DNA from: Hypanus sabinus
Taxonomy: Eukaryota
Assembly (NCBI RefSeq): GCF_030144855.1
Contig: NC_082714.1
Coordinates: 132,432,001-132,496,000, forward strand
Direction: 5' to 3'
DNA length: 64,000 nt
Shown here: piece by piece, positions 22,387 to 34,744 of the stretch
How positions within the stretch are numbered: position 1 is the stretch's first letter
Layout: each line of letters starts with the position of its first letter
Notes under the pieces: generated by a model
Told to the model about the DNA's origin: nothing
Database searches by the model: none
The model's input: the letters and a program-made list of their open reading frames with translations, nothing else
Made by a program: the position numbers and the translations under genes

Positions 22387-24758
22387 CGGAGACGCAGAGA
22401 CTGACAGCTGGAGGAGAATGGCAGTCACCTCTCACATCACACCCCGGAGAAAGCCACAACTCTTCAACTTGTCTCCATCAACAAATGACACCACCCTAAT
22501 ACCACCCCCATATCAGGAAAGTTGCGGACTAATTTACCCTGTTATCAGAATTAGATTTGTGCATCTACCTTACATCAAAAATTACTTATATTAAAAAAAA
22601 ATTGAGCCCTCACTCTGCTCTTCCCGATAGGCAATCTAGATTTAACCCGAAATTCCGCTGGACCTAGAAATACTGGTTGCAATTTGGGTTCCGTTCACAA
22701 ACCACCCACTTGCTGTATTGTTTCAACGGCACTCGTGTTTAAAATGTGTGAACTGGAATAATGACCGGCACCGCGCGACGTTCCCCGCAATACCACCGGG
22801 TGGATTCTCCCGTTTTTTTAATTTTACATCATGGATGTATATTTGTTCCCTAATGTGATCGCATTTAAAATTAGTCTATACATTGACTATTCTTGTTTGC
22901 ACAATAAACACCAACGGTAAAGCAAAGTTCACTAGCAGGCAGCTGAAAGATTAAACGCCAATATTTGCATACGTTTTATATAATTCTCAACGGTTTAAAA
23001 TAAATAAAGTCATGGACATACGGAAACCACCTATGTCAAGAAATAAAGGATCGCCAGGTCTTTAAAGGAGCCGCAATGTTTTCACCTTTTTGTTTGTCCC
23101 TCAAGGAACCGGAATCATGCTTGCACAACAGCGAGAGGTCAGCTCCTCCGTCAATAACCAATGTGAAGTTGGTTTCTGCTCCCGGCTGGCAAATGCAACC
23201 AATGACTTTTCACGCTAAAGCAGCAGGTACATGTTTCCCCACATTCCCTAATCAACCTTCCTGCCATTTTATATTTGCCCCTGCTAAACAATCATCGTCC
23301 CACATGCCACTCATCTCGTGCTCAGATGCAGAGTTGGCCGAAGAACAAGTTTAAGGAGACGTGACCTTCCCTCTGTGACTGTGCGACAGGCTGACCGTTT
23401 CCCTCGGTGCACCCTGCTTCGGATGTGATTCTAATCAGCACAGCCTCCGAGAGATACACCGTCATGCAAAACTGCGGAGTACAAAGAACAGCGACAAAAG
23501 AAAAAAGAACAAATGGAACGTTTGTTTGCCAAGCACTGTTAGAGGGTTTTCCAGCTATTTGCCTTGCAAAGTACGCCGGTGCTCACCCTGGCTGGGCTAC
23601 CACTGTGCTATAGCTCACTCCTGTTAGAAGAGGACCTGTCAGAATAAATTTCACTTCCAGAGAGTCACATTTTTGATTGTGCTTTTAAGTGTGGAAGCAA
23701 AATTTAAATGATCAATTTATGTTTGAATATAGCCTATTCCAGCCGACTGCTTTTAATCTCAGAATAATGTACACAAAGCTTAACCTGAATACTAATCTAA
23801 AATCATCTTCACAATGTTGAGTCAAAGAGCGCGTCCCTTCACATTCGTACAAACCTTCAAGTTTCTCTCCTATATTCCTCGTGGTGAATATACATGAGTG
23901 GTTCAAAGCTTTCCGGTGCTTCCCGGCGCCCTGTAAATGTTTCCCTGATGACAACAAATCTCCGCCATCCCCTTTGATGGAGCCTCGCATAGTTACTGCT
24001 TGATAGCTGAGTGCAACAGACAATTTGGCGCAATTTACTAAAAAGGTATACCCACCCCCACTCCCAAACCTCCACGCAAGATTATTTTCAGAATTTTCCC
24101 GATTGAAAATTAAATACAAGTAATGTTTATGCGATTAACGTTCCACTATATTCACCAATACACTGATTGTCTACTATTGGGTTGCAACTGGACTTACGAC
24201 GGTATGGGGCACGGGGATCATATAAAGAAAACAAATGCCAGCTCTGTAAGCCCTCTATTAATACAAGTGCAATCAGTTAACAAAAATAGCGTTTTAACCG
24301 CAGTGGATATAGACAACATCTTCAGCATGCGCATCTGCCACTTACCCTAGTGATTAGAGTAATATTTTCTAAACTCATGACACGCTGAGTTTATGTCCAT
24401 AACCTAAAATCAGCCGGAGATGAGGTAAGAATCATTTGTTTTACGAACCTTGTATAAAACCTATTGCTGTATTGAAGTAAAATCCTATTGGATTAACAAG
24501 GGCTGCTTAGAGATGAAAACGGCTCCGCAACACCGAGCGAAAATGGGCATCTATCAGCTCTGCGCTACACGTTTTATCATCCAGCTAGATTTTTTTTTGC
24601 CAGGATCCAAACAATTTCGTTGTCCGCGAAAAGCTCTCCTAATTTATTTCCGCTGTCTGTTAATGGAGATCAACAAGTCTGGATCTGCAAAAAGCTCCTT
24701 CATCCTTATATTCTTCCCGAGTTAAAAAGCTTGAAATCTATATAAAAATGGGGAGAGA

Positions 24759-24777
24759 TGTTGCCACCTAGTGGTTG
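24759..24777 (-). promoter_or_regulatory. CTCF motif
   Basis: Minus strand CAACCACTAGGTGGCAACA matches the core CCASYAGRKGGCR with no mismatch. Confidence 0.7.
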
Positions 24778-25794
24778 CTGTTATCCTGCAACAATATTAA
24801 CAAAAATGATTCCTTCAGGTTTATTGCTTCAACTTGCGTTTTTGGTAACAAAAATGATTCTTATGTAGCTTTACTTCAAAACGTTTGATGCACTTTAATT
24901 TTGTTCCCGTTAGAATTGCTATCATTAATATTAAATTGTTTGTACAGAAATCATTCTAAAATTCATTGTACAGGAGGTTTTGAACAGATTCCTCCTAACC
25001 TTTTACATGAGAATGACATTTTTATCTTAAACTCCCAGCTTATTTTTACAAATACGACGTGAATATATAACACAAAGCCCCGATTTTCGAGAATGTAGCA
25101 AGTTAAGGTCTCGCAAGAGCTACGTCACAGCTACATCACCTGAGTCTAAGACAATCCCAGTCTTGTTTCAAACCTTTGGAGAGCATGTTGCAAACTAAAT
25201 CACTTTTTTTAAAAAAAGGACTACGTTCTCAGAGTAGGAAACTCTGCTAGTGGGTAAGCACATGTCAAGACAGCGTTCAGGCGCTAACGACGCTGAAAAT
25301 CACTGGCAATTTACATTATTGATCGGGTATCCCTGGAAGGCATGATTTATACTAGGCATTGTTCACACACAGGTGAAGTAGATAATACCCTCAATAATTA
25401 AAAACACAAGTGACAGACTTTGCGAATGTGACTTTGTAATTCATTATCCCTTAATGTCCCCCTTGATTTTTGTTAAAATTGGCTATTTGATGCTTTCTCA
25501 ACGACATTACTCCCTTCTTTGGTTTTACCCACTCTTGCCTATCCAATCATAGAACACTTTCATAAGTAGCTTCTAGTAGTCATTGGCAAAGTTGGTGTGT
25601 GGTCTGCTGAGAAACAGTCATCTCCATGATCCCCCCTTGACAATGCCATCTACAGATATGAGTTACATTTACTTACATAGAATACCTCCATCTCCACTCT
25701 GTCTCTGTCTCACAACTACTGCCTCTTAGTTGTCAGATGCTTGATACATCCTTCGGTTTTAGATGAGCTCAGTTTGCGGCAGTGAAATGTTAAG

Positions 25795-26590
25795 TCTGAA
25801 TCAGAATCAGGTTTCTTGTCAGTGATATGTCATGAAATTTGTTGCTTTGCAGCAGTGGTACAGTGCGAGACATAAAAAAATCTACAAGTTATAATAAGAA
25901 ATATAAAAATCTAAGTAGGTGGTACAAAAAGAGGGTGAATTAGTGAAATAGTATTCGTGGGGCTCACTGGACCCAGAGAATTCTGATGATAGACAGCAAG
26001 GATTGTGTGTTCTCAGAGTATTTTACCTCCTTCCTGACAGTAGTAATAAGAAGAGGGGACACCCTGGTTGGTGAGAATCCTAAATGATGGATGCTGCCTT
26101 CTTAAGGCATCAGCTTTTGAAGATTTCCTCAGTGGGGGATGGTGGGGGGGAGAAGCTAGTGCCCATGATGGAGCACGCTGAGCTTGAGGCCCTCTGCAGC
26201 TTTTTCCCAAACCTGTGCACTGGTGCCTTCAGACCAGAGGGTGTTGTAACCAGTCAGAACGTTCTCCACAGCACATCTGTAGAGCCTTCGGTGACCCACA
26301 AAATCTCCTCAAATTCCTAATGCTGGTGTGCCTTCCCCATAATTGCATTGATATGTTGGGCCTGGAACAGATACACAGTAATGCTAGCCCCCAGGAACTT
26401 AAAGCTGCTTACCCTTCCCACTGGTGACCCTTCACTAATATGTGTTCTTGCAACTTCCCCCTCCTAAAGTCCACAATAGGTTCCTTGTTCTTAGTGAGGC
26501 TGGGTGCAAGGTCATTGTGACACCATTCAATCTATCTCACTCCTGTATGCATCCTTGTCACTATCTGAGATTCTGCCGACAACGACAACA
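25795..26590 (-). mobile_element. Rex1/Babar LINE 3' part, decayed
   Basis: GAATCAGAATCAGGTTT tail; homologous by eye to 44020-44900. Confidence 0.75.
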
Positions 26591-28357
26591 AACGTAGTCT
26601 GAAACTATACTTTTTGGTCCCACAGTAAATATACTCTCCAATCCAAAGATTTTATCCTACTCTCACATTTTAGTCACCAAGACACAAATAGCATACTCGA
26701 TATTCTATTTGAATTCAAATGCCTTCTTTTGGTATGTTGACCAACTATGCTCCACTAGGACTACCATCTGCATTTTTATCACCACTGGCATTATTACAAT
26801 GCTTTGCAATTTGGTCTCTGACTTTCTACCATCGTACCATCACCTCATTAAAAGTTCTGCTGCTCATACCCCATCACACCAGATCACATCAGCACCCCCT
26901 GAACTTAGCATTGCTGCTTTTCTGGTAAAGCTTTTATGAGTAAAGACAGTTAAACATTAAAATGATTTTATGTACTATGGAATTGAAATTACTATTAGAG
27001 ATCTTGTTTTGTTAATACTGAACATGCTCATGGTAACTTTTTTTTTCGGAATTGAATTTTTAATCCAAGTCCATTATTTTTTATCTATGAAGTCAGACAA
27101 TCTGAAGTGAAACTAAATGCACCACAGCAAGACAATTAAGTTAATCTGCAGCAGACAAGACTATACAGAAATAAAATTATCTTGTTGTGATGATCATCTA
27201 AACTGTCATTTACTAGGTGCATGTAAAGGTTTTATTTAAGCTAATCAATTAGCAACGACAGATGTCCCAAAAGGCTCTCACGGACAAGATAACGAAAGGC
27301 ACAGAAGGCAACTATGATTAGTTATAAGAATTTAAGGCATGGACTATTATTAGGATAATTAACTAGAACTGCTTTTCCAGGTCTCCTGCCATTGAAGTAA
27401 CCCAATGCCAGTGCTAATGCTGTGTAGTCCAGGCATGATCTCAGTGTTCATTAACAGGCTGACAAACTTCTAACTTCACGTTATCATCAACTTCTGATGC
27501 TGCATTATCCCTGCCTCTAGAACTCATCTCCATACATCTGAACATTATCTCACTCTAACAATTTACTTAGTCCTCTTAATCTCAAGAATCCAAATTGGCC
27601 AGAATCCAACCTCCTAGCTGACAGTCAATGTTATTTCATGTTTATGTACCACAATATCTTCATTATACTGCTTCAATAGGTTTAATTTAAACCATCCTAC
27701 TGATCATCTATGTATTCATCCATGACATCAATCAGGCATTTTGATGCATGTTTAATAGAAATGTTATATTACCAGAAAGGAAACACAGAGAAGATTGACA
27801 GGTGATTGGATTTATCTAGTGGGTTAGAGTCATATAGAGCAATACAGGTTGGAAACAAGCCCTTTGGGCCACCATGTTCATTTTTCCCCTCTGTTCGAAT
27901 ATGCAATAAAGGAGCTTCACAGGCCGGGAAGAGTGTTAAAAAACTTAGGAATAGGAACAGGACTTTTAATTCTCCAGTAACCTATGCAAAAGTGCTGGAG
28001 GAACTCTGTAGGTCAGGAAGCATCTATGGAGAGGAATAAACAGCTTACCCTTTCACTCAGTGAAGTCCTGATTTTGGCGAATGGAGTCTAGGTAAATTAG
28101 GGGCATTTGTAAACTTCCTACGGGAAAAACTATTAATTTTATATATAAAGTTCTTAATTGAGCTGGCACCTGATGTGTTTGAATGTGTTGGAATTTACAT
28201 TTCTATGACCTCTTGTAGCAGGAAGTGTTTTCTCACTGTTTTTCTCAATGGCTTGCATTTTCTTTTCAGGTTATTTCCATTGGTTAAAAATTATTCTTTT
28301 CCATCGAATTCCTTTCATAGCCTTAAAATTCCTAGCTAAGCCATGTCATGATCTTAA

Positions 28358-31102
28358 ATAGAAACATAGAAACATAGGAAATAGGTGCAGGAGTAGGCCA
28401 TTCGGCCCTTTGAGCCTGCACCACCATTCAGTATGATCATGGCTAATCATCCAACTCAGAACCCTGTACCTGCTTTCTCTCCATACCCCCTGATCCCTTT
28501 AGCCACAAGGACCATATCTAACTTCCTCTTAAATATAGCCAATGAACCGGCCTCAACTGTTAACTGTGGCAGAGAATTCCACAGATTCACCACTCTCTGT
28601 GTGAAGAAATTTTTCCTCATCTCAGTCTTAAAAGGCTTCCCCTTTATCCTTAAACTGTGACCCCACGTTCTGAACTTCCCCAACATCGGAAACAATCTTG
28701 CTGCATCTAGCCTGTCCAATCCCTTTAGAATTTTATACATTTCAATAAGATCCCCCCTCAATCTTCTAAATTCCAGTGAGTATAAGCCTAGTCGATCCAG
28801 TCTTTCTTCATATGAAAGTCCTGCCATCCCAGGAATCAATCTGGTGAACCTTCTCTGTACTCCCTCAATGGCAAGAATGTCTTTCCTCAGATTAGGGGAC
28901 CAAAACTGCACACAATATTCTAGGTCTTGTACAACTGCAGTAGGATCTCCCTGCTCCTGTACTCAAATCCTTTTGCTATGAATGCCAACATACCATTTGT
29001 CTTTTTCACCGCCTGCTGTACCTGCATGCCCAACTTCAATGACTAGTGTACAATGACACCCAGGTCTCGTTGCATCTCTCCTTTTCCTAATTGGCCACCG
29101 TTCAGATAATAATCTATTTTCCTGTTCTTGCAGCCAAGGTGGATAACCTCACATTTATCCACATTAAATTGCATCTGCCATGAATTTGCCCACTCACCTA
29201 ACTTATCCAAGTCACCCTGCATCCTCTTAGCATCCTCCTCACAGCTAAAACTGCCACCCAGCTTCGTGCTATCCGCAAACTTGGAGATGCTGCATTTAAT
29301 TCCCTCGTCTAAATCATTAATATATATTGTCAACAACTGGGGTCCCAGCACTGAGCCTTGTGGTACCCCACTTGTCACTGCCTGCCATTCTGAAAAGGTC
29401 CCGTTGACTCCCACTCTTTGCCAACCAATTCTCTATCCACATCAATACCGTGTGCTTTAAGTTTGCACACTAATCTCCTGTGTGGGACCTTGTCAAAAGC
29501 CTTTTGAAAATCTAAGTATACCACATCCACTGGCTCTCCCCTATCCACTCTACTAGTTACATCTTCAAAAAATTCTATAAGATTCGTTAGACATGATTTT
29601 CCTTTCACAAATCCATGCTGACTTTGTCCAATGATTTCACCTCTTTCCAAATGTGCTGTTATCGCATCTTTGATAACCAACTCTAGCATTTTCCCCACCA
29701 CCGATGTCAGACTAACCGGTCTATAATTCCCCGGTTTCTCTCTCCCTCCTTTTTTAAAAAGTGGGGTTACATTAGCCACCCTCCAATCCTCAGGAACTAA
29801 TCCAGAATCTAAGGAGTTTTGAAAAATTATCACTAATGCATCCACTATTTCTTGGGCTACTTCCTTAAGTACTCTGGGATGCAGACCATCTGGCCCTGGG
29901 GATTTATCTGCCTTTAATCCCTTCAACTTACCTAGCACCACTTCCCTACTAACATGTATTTCCCTCAGTTCCTCCATCTCACTAGACCCTCGGTCCCTTA
30001 CTATCTCCAGATTATTTATGCCCTCCTTAGTGAAGACAGAACCAAAGTAGTTATTCAATTGGTCTGCCATGTCTTTGTTCCCTATGATCAATTCACCTGT
30101 TTCTGACTGTAAAGGACCTACGTTTGTCTTGACCAATCTTTTTCTTTTCACGTTACCATAAAAGCTTTTACAGTCAGTTTTTATGTTCCCTGCCAGCTTT
30201 CTCTCATAATCTTTTTTCCCTTTCCTAATTAAGCCCTTTGTCCTCCTCTGCTGGTCTCTGCATTTCTCCCAGTCCTCAGGTGTGCTGCTTTTTTTTTGCT
30301 AATTTATATGTTTCTTCTTTGGACTTGATACTATCCCTAATTTCCCTTGTCAGCCACATGTGCACTACATTCCCTGGTTTATTCTTTTGCCAAACTGGGA
30401 TGAACAATTGTTGTAGTTCATCCATGCGATCTTTAAATGCTTGCCATTGCATATCCACCGTCAACCCTTTAAGTATCACTTGCCAGTCTATCTTAGCTAA
30501 TTCACGTCTTATACCTTCAAAGTTACCCTTCTTTAAGTTCAGAACATTTGTTTCTAAATTAACTATGTCACGGTCCATCTTAATGAAGAATTCCACCATA
30601 CTATGGTCACTCTTACCCAAGGGGCCTCGCACGATAAGATTGCTAACTAACCCTTCCTCATTGCTCAATATCTAATCTAGAATGGCCTGCTCTCTAGTTG
30701 GTTCCTCGACATGTTGGTTCAGAAAACCATCCCGCATACATTCTAAGAAATCCTCTTCCTCAGCACCCTTACCAATTTGGTTCACCCAATCTATATGTAG
30801 ATTGAAGTCACCCATTATAACTACTGTTCCTTTTTTGCATGCATTTCTAATTTCCTGTTTAATGCCATCCCCAACCTCACTACTACTGTTAAATGGCCTG
30901 TACACAACTGCCACCAGAGTTTTCTGCCCCTTAGTGTTACGCAGCTCTACCCATATTGATTCCACATCCTCCAAGCTAATGTCCTTCCTTTCTATTGCGT
31001 TAATCTCCTCTCTAACCAGCAATGCTCCCCACCTCCTTTTCTTTCCTGTCTATCCCTCCTGAATATTGAATATCCCTGTATATTGAGCTCCCATCCTTGG
31101 TC
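28358..31102 (-). mobile_element. CR1 LINE ORF2 (APE endonuclease and RT), relatively well preserved, 5'-truncated
   Basis: ORFs 30672-31022 (VYRP, MGDFN), 29375-30151 (KSPGPDG, NYRPVSLTS, DFQKAFDKV), 29043-29414 (GVPQGSVLGP, KFADS) and 28456-28911. (CTATGTTT)n-type tail. Confidence 0.95.
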
Positions 31103-32066
31103 TATACTTAATATATTTGGGAATACAAACTATGTTTTGGGGAATATAGTATTTTCCCATCATGTAAATCTTTCATTCCCACAATATTCTGTTAATCCTG
31201 CAGTGTAGTTCTTGCAGAAACAGTTTATTCTTTCTAAGGCTTGATACCATGAATTGGACATAGTTCTCCAGATGCTGGTTAGCATGGAATCTAGTCACTT
31301 CATCATTGGTTACTGTACCTTCAATTGCCAAAACCCTAATCAATGGGGAATCCTCTTAGCTTCTCAACTTCAAATTCTGCCTTTAAAGAACTCATCATGA
31401 TTTGGTGAGCTTGCTTCACCTTCTTATATAAGTGGCTTGATATCATATTTTATTTGAAGATATTCCAGAGAGTACCTTGAGATAACTTGGTAAGTTAAGA
31501 ATGAAATACAAATAAAAATCATTGACTTGTTCAGCGAAGCAAATAGAAAAGTTGGAAGATAAAAACCTTCACCAACCGGTTGATGATGCACAACTCTGCA
31601 CGCTGGTAATAAAGATCCACAATAAAGTGTAGGAAAACATGGAACATCTTCCACATTTTGAAAGCCACCACTCAGAGAAAGCAAACAGTGATAAAAAAAA
31701 GTTTAGTGTCGCAGCACAGCATCTGTCACCAGAGGGAAGGGGTGCAGACTTGTAACACATGGTTTGATAGGAATCCATCTTCTATGTTTCAGAGACTATA
31801 TAGTACTGTACTCATATACAGTAGTCATCTTAAAGTGGGGAAGGGAAAGATACATTTCTCCAAGTCCATTGTCAGGACAGAGAAAATCTTTCCCAGGGCA
31901 ATGAATGGAGTATCACCTTTACATTTGGCCATCTGTGAATGGTGTACCATGCCATTGCTGTGGCTAACAGAACATTCCCAATGCAGAGACACATCATGGG
32001 AAGAGAGCATTGCAAGACAGCAGGACAGAGAAAATTACTTAATGATTTCCTCAAATGCTTTCTTAG

Positions 32067-32820
32067 AGTGAATGTACCTACAGAGAAGAAGTCATCACCC
32101 TGACACACTGGTGTCAAGAAAACAACCTCTCCCTCAATGTTACAAAAAAACAAAGGAGCTGTTTGTGGACTACAGGAGGAATGGAGACAGGCTCACCCCC
32201 ATTGACATCAGCGGATCTGCGGTTGGGGTTGAACAGCTTTGAGTTCCTCAGCATAAACATCATTGAGGATCTCACGTGGTTTGAACATACTGGCTGTGAC
32301 ACAACAGTGCCTCTTTCACCTCAGATGGTTGAAGAACTTTGGTATGGGCCCCCAAATCCTAAGAACTTTCTACAGGGGCACAACTGAGAGCATCCTGACT
32401 GGCTGTATCACTGCCTGGTATGGGAGCTGTATTTCCCTTAATCGCAGGATTCTGCAGAGAGTGGTGTGGACAGCCCAACACATCTGTAGATGTGAACTTC
32501 CCACTATTGAGGACATTTACAAAGACAGGTGTGTAAAAAGGGCCCAAAGGACCCTGGGGATCTAAGTGACCCCTATCACAAACTGCTCCAGCTGCTACCA
32601 TCCAGGAAAAGGTACCGCAGCATAAAAGCCAGTACCAACAGGTTCTGGGACAGCTTCTTCCACCAGACTGCTTAATTCATGCTGGTACAACTGTATTTCT
32701 ATGTTATATTGACTGTCCTATTTATTATAAATTACCATTGCACATTTAGACAGACGTAACATAAAGATTTTTACTCCTCATGTATATGAAGGATGTAAGA
32801 GAAGTTAATTCAATTCAAAT
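32067..32820 (+). mobile_element. Rex1/Babar LINE 3' part
   Basis: WCQENNLSLNV.K; FYRGTTESILTGCITAWYG; (AATTC)n tail. Confidence 0.85.
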
Positions 32821-32939
32821 CCTTATTCACTGACTGGCAGTCAAAATCAATAAAGAGCATCTAAGAGGGTTTTGTGCAGTGCAGATCTTTTCTCTTCCAT
32901 AGGCCAAGTGCAAATGATGGAAGTAGTGTAGAAACCCCC

Positions 32940-33060
32940 AGGCAACCTGCCAACTCCATCAATCACTTCCTGCCCAACTTGTGGTAGAGTGTACAGTTCC
33001 GACATTGACCTCATCAGACACCTCCAAATCCACTGAACTTGTGTGGAAGTTGTTCTTATG
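32940..33060 (+). mobile_element. RTE LINE 3' tip
   Basis: SCPTCGRVYSSDIDLIRHLQIH* C-terminal C2H2-like motif. Confidence 0.55.
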
Positions 33061-34744
33061 CTGAAGTAGCTGCTTACAAAGAATAGTAAATATAAATGGA
33101 ACTTTTTCCGATTATAAAGTGGCCAGTTTTTCATTTTTTCCCCCACTTCTTTTCTTGATTATCTTGGACATGTCAATTAGCATGATGTAGGATTCCAGTA
33201 AGTTAATGCAATTTACAAACATCTTGACAGTGCACTCATTTGTAAGCATATGAGCTTTTTACTTTATGGTGGAGAAAAGGTAATTTATGAAGCATTTGAA
33301 ATGCTTGGGTGAAATGCATTGCACTAAGGAACTTATGCAGCTGTATCCTGCACTGAGTTAATTAATATGCAATTATTACAATCATTGACCTTTACCTGGT
33401 ACAAATCCAATCAATGGAGAGCTCTCTTCCTGAATTTGTGAGGGATTTTTTTGGAAGTAATATTCATTCAAATGCTCCTCTGGTGTTAATACTAGTCAAT
33501 AATTCTCACTTCAACAATGAAATCCAGTTCATTTTTTCTATGTTTGGATTAAGTAGCAATGAGGTGTAAACTAAAATGGGTTGGCATGACCTAAAATCAG
33601 ATCGTTGCCAAAGTCCACATGAATAAGTGATTCACGGCTGTGATCTGAATGACACTTCTCATTACTTTGCTGATGACTGCAACAGGCAGACAGGCTGATT
33701 ATTGCTGACTGGGGTTATTTTACTTCAAGAACTATCTGGGTAATTTTCTATGGCCTCAGGATTTTCCATGATTTTTCTTCCTTATCCTCCATGAATCTGT
33801 CAGCTTTGATGCTGGATCTTAGCAATGCGATGACTGCAGTGGAATAGAGTGTAAACCTGGACATCACCTTTGGAATTCTTATTCATGCATTTGTGGCCTG
33901 CTGATGGAACCAGCCACGAGGCTTGAGATACCTACTTCAACTCAAGTAAAGGACATAGCCAAGAACAGGTCCAAGCCAATGATATTTGACACAGTGATAT
34001 AGCTGATGAAAGTATTCTTTAAATAATTTACTGATCTAGATCTTTCTAGCTCCAACCCCCAACAAGTGGGCAGACTCAACCCCGGCCATCTGTCTAATGC
34101 CACCAACTCTATTGATCAATGAGCCTCATACCTCTATCAATCTGCCTCGAGTCTGACTCATGGCAGCCAGTCCATTGATAAACTACTGACCTTGTTTTGT
34201 TAACCTGCTGGCCAATACTTCTACACATCTCCCTGGTCAACCATCCCTCTCATTCACAGCCTATTGACAATTTGTTCTTGCCATCTTCTTTTCAGATCCC
34301 CTCTTTCCCCAAATCCTGGAAGACTGTAATTCTTGAATCCACTCTAACCCTCTACCATTTTGTAGTGTGCCCTCAGATTGACCAGATTTCCTATGTGTGG
34401 CACTACAATGGCAAAGTGTAAGGCCTTTTCTTTTTCCATGAATCATGAGCATCACTGAGCTTTGAAGTGGTAGACACTTGAACAAAATGCTTGTAGGGTT
34501 AAAGCACGCTGCCAGATGGCACATTGCACGTTCAGAAGTTCCATTCAGTGCTGGACATTTGTTAAATTTTGTTTGGTCAGTATTCAGCACTTATGCTTGG
34601 CAATAGATTTGAACTATTCTAAATGTGATGATGTTAATATAGGAAGCAGTTTTCAAATGTCTTCTGAAGCATAACGAACAGTTCATGAAGAACTTAAGAT
34701 AACATTCTAGGAGAAATGTCGGTGTCAAACACAAATGACAGTGA

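Larger units (their letters stand above)
21100..25500. promoter_or_regulatory. CpG-retaining, TE-free promoter region (putative non-methylated island)
   Basis: Visibly more CpG than the flanks (GCGGGCGCGGCG at ~22250, CCGCGCGACG at ~22771, many more up to 25.3 kb), with no recognisable TE. Confidence 0.7.

Noticed and set aside
23076-24725. Short ORFs in the promoter zone (e.g. 23712-24119)
   Set aside because: No recognisable homology or exon structure, and the lengths are within chance expectation.
34507-34523. Second CTCF-like site CTGCCAGATGGCAC
   Set aside because: Mismatch at a high-information core position and no supporting context.
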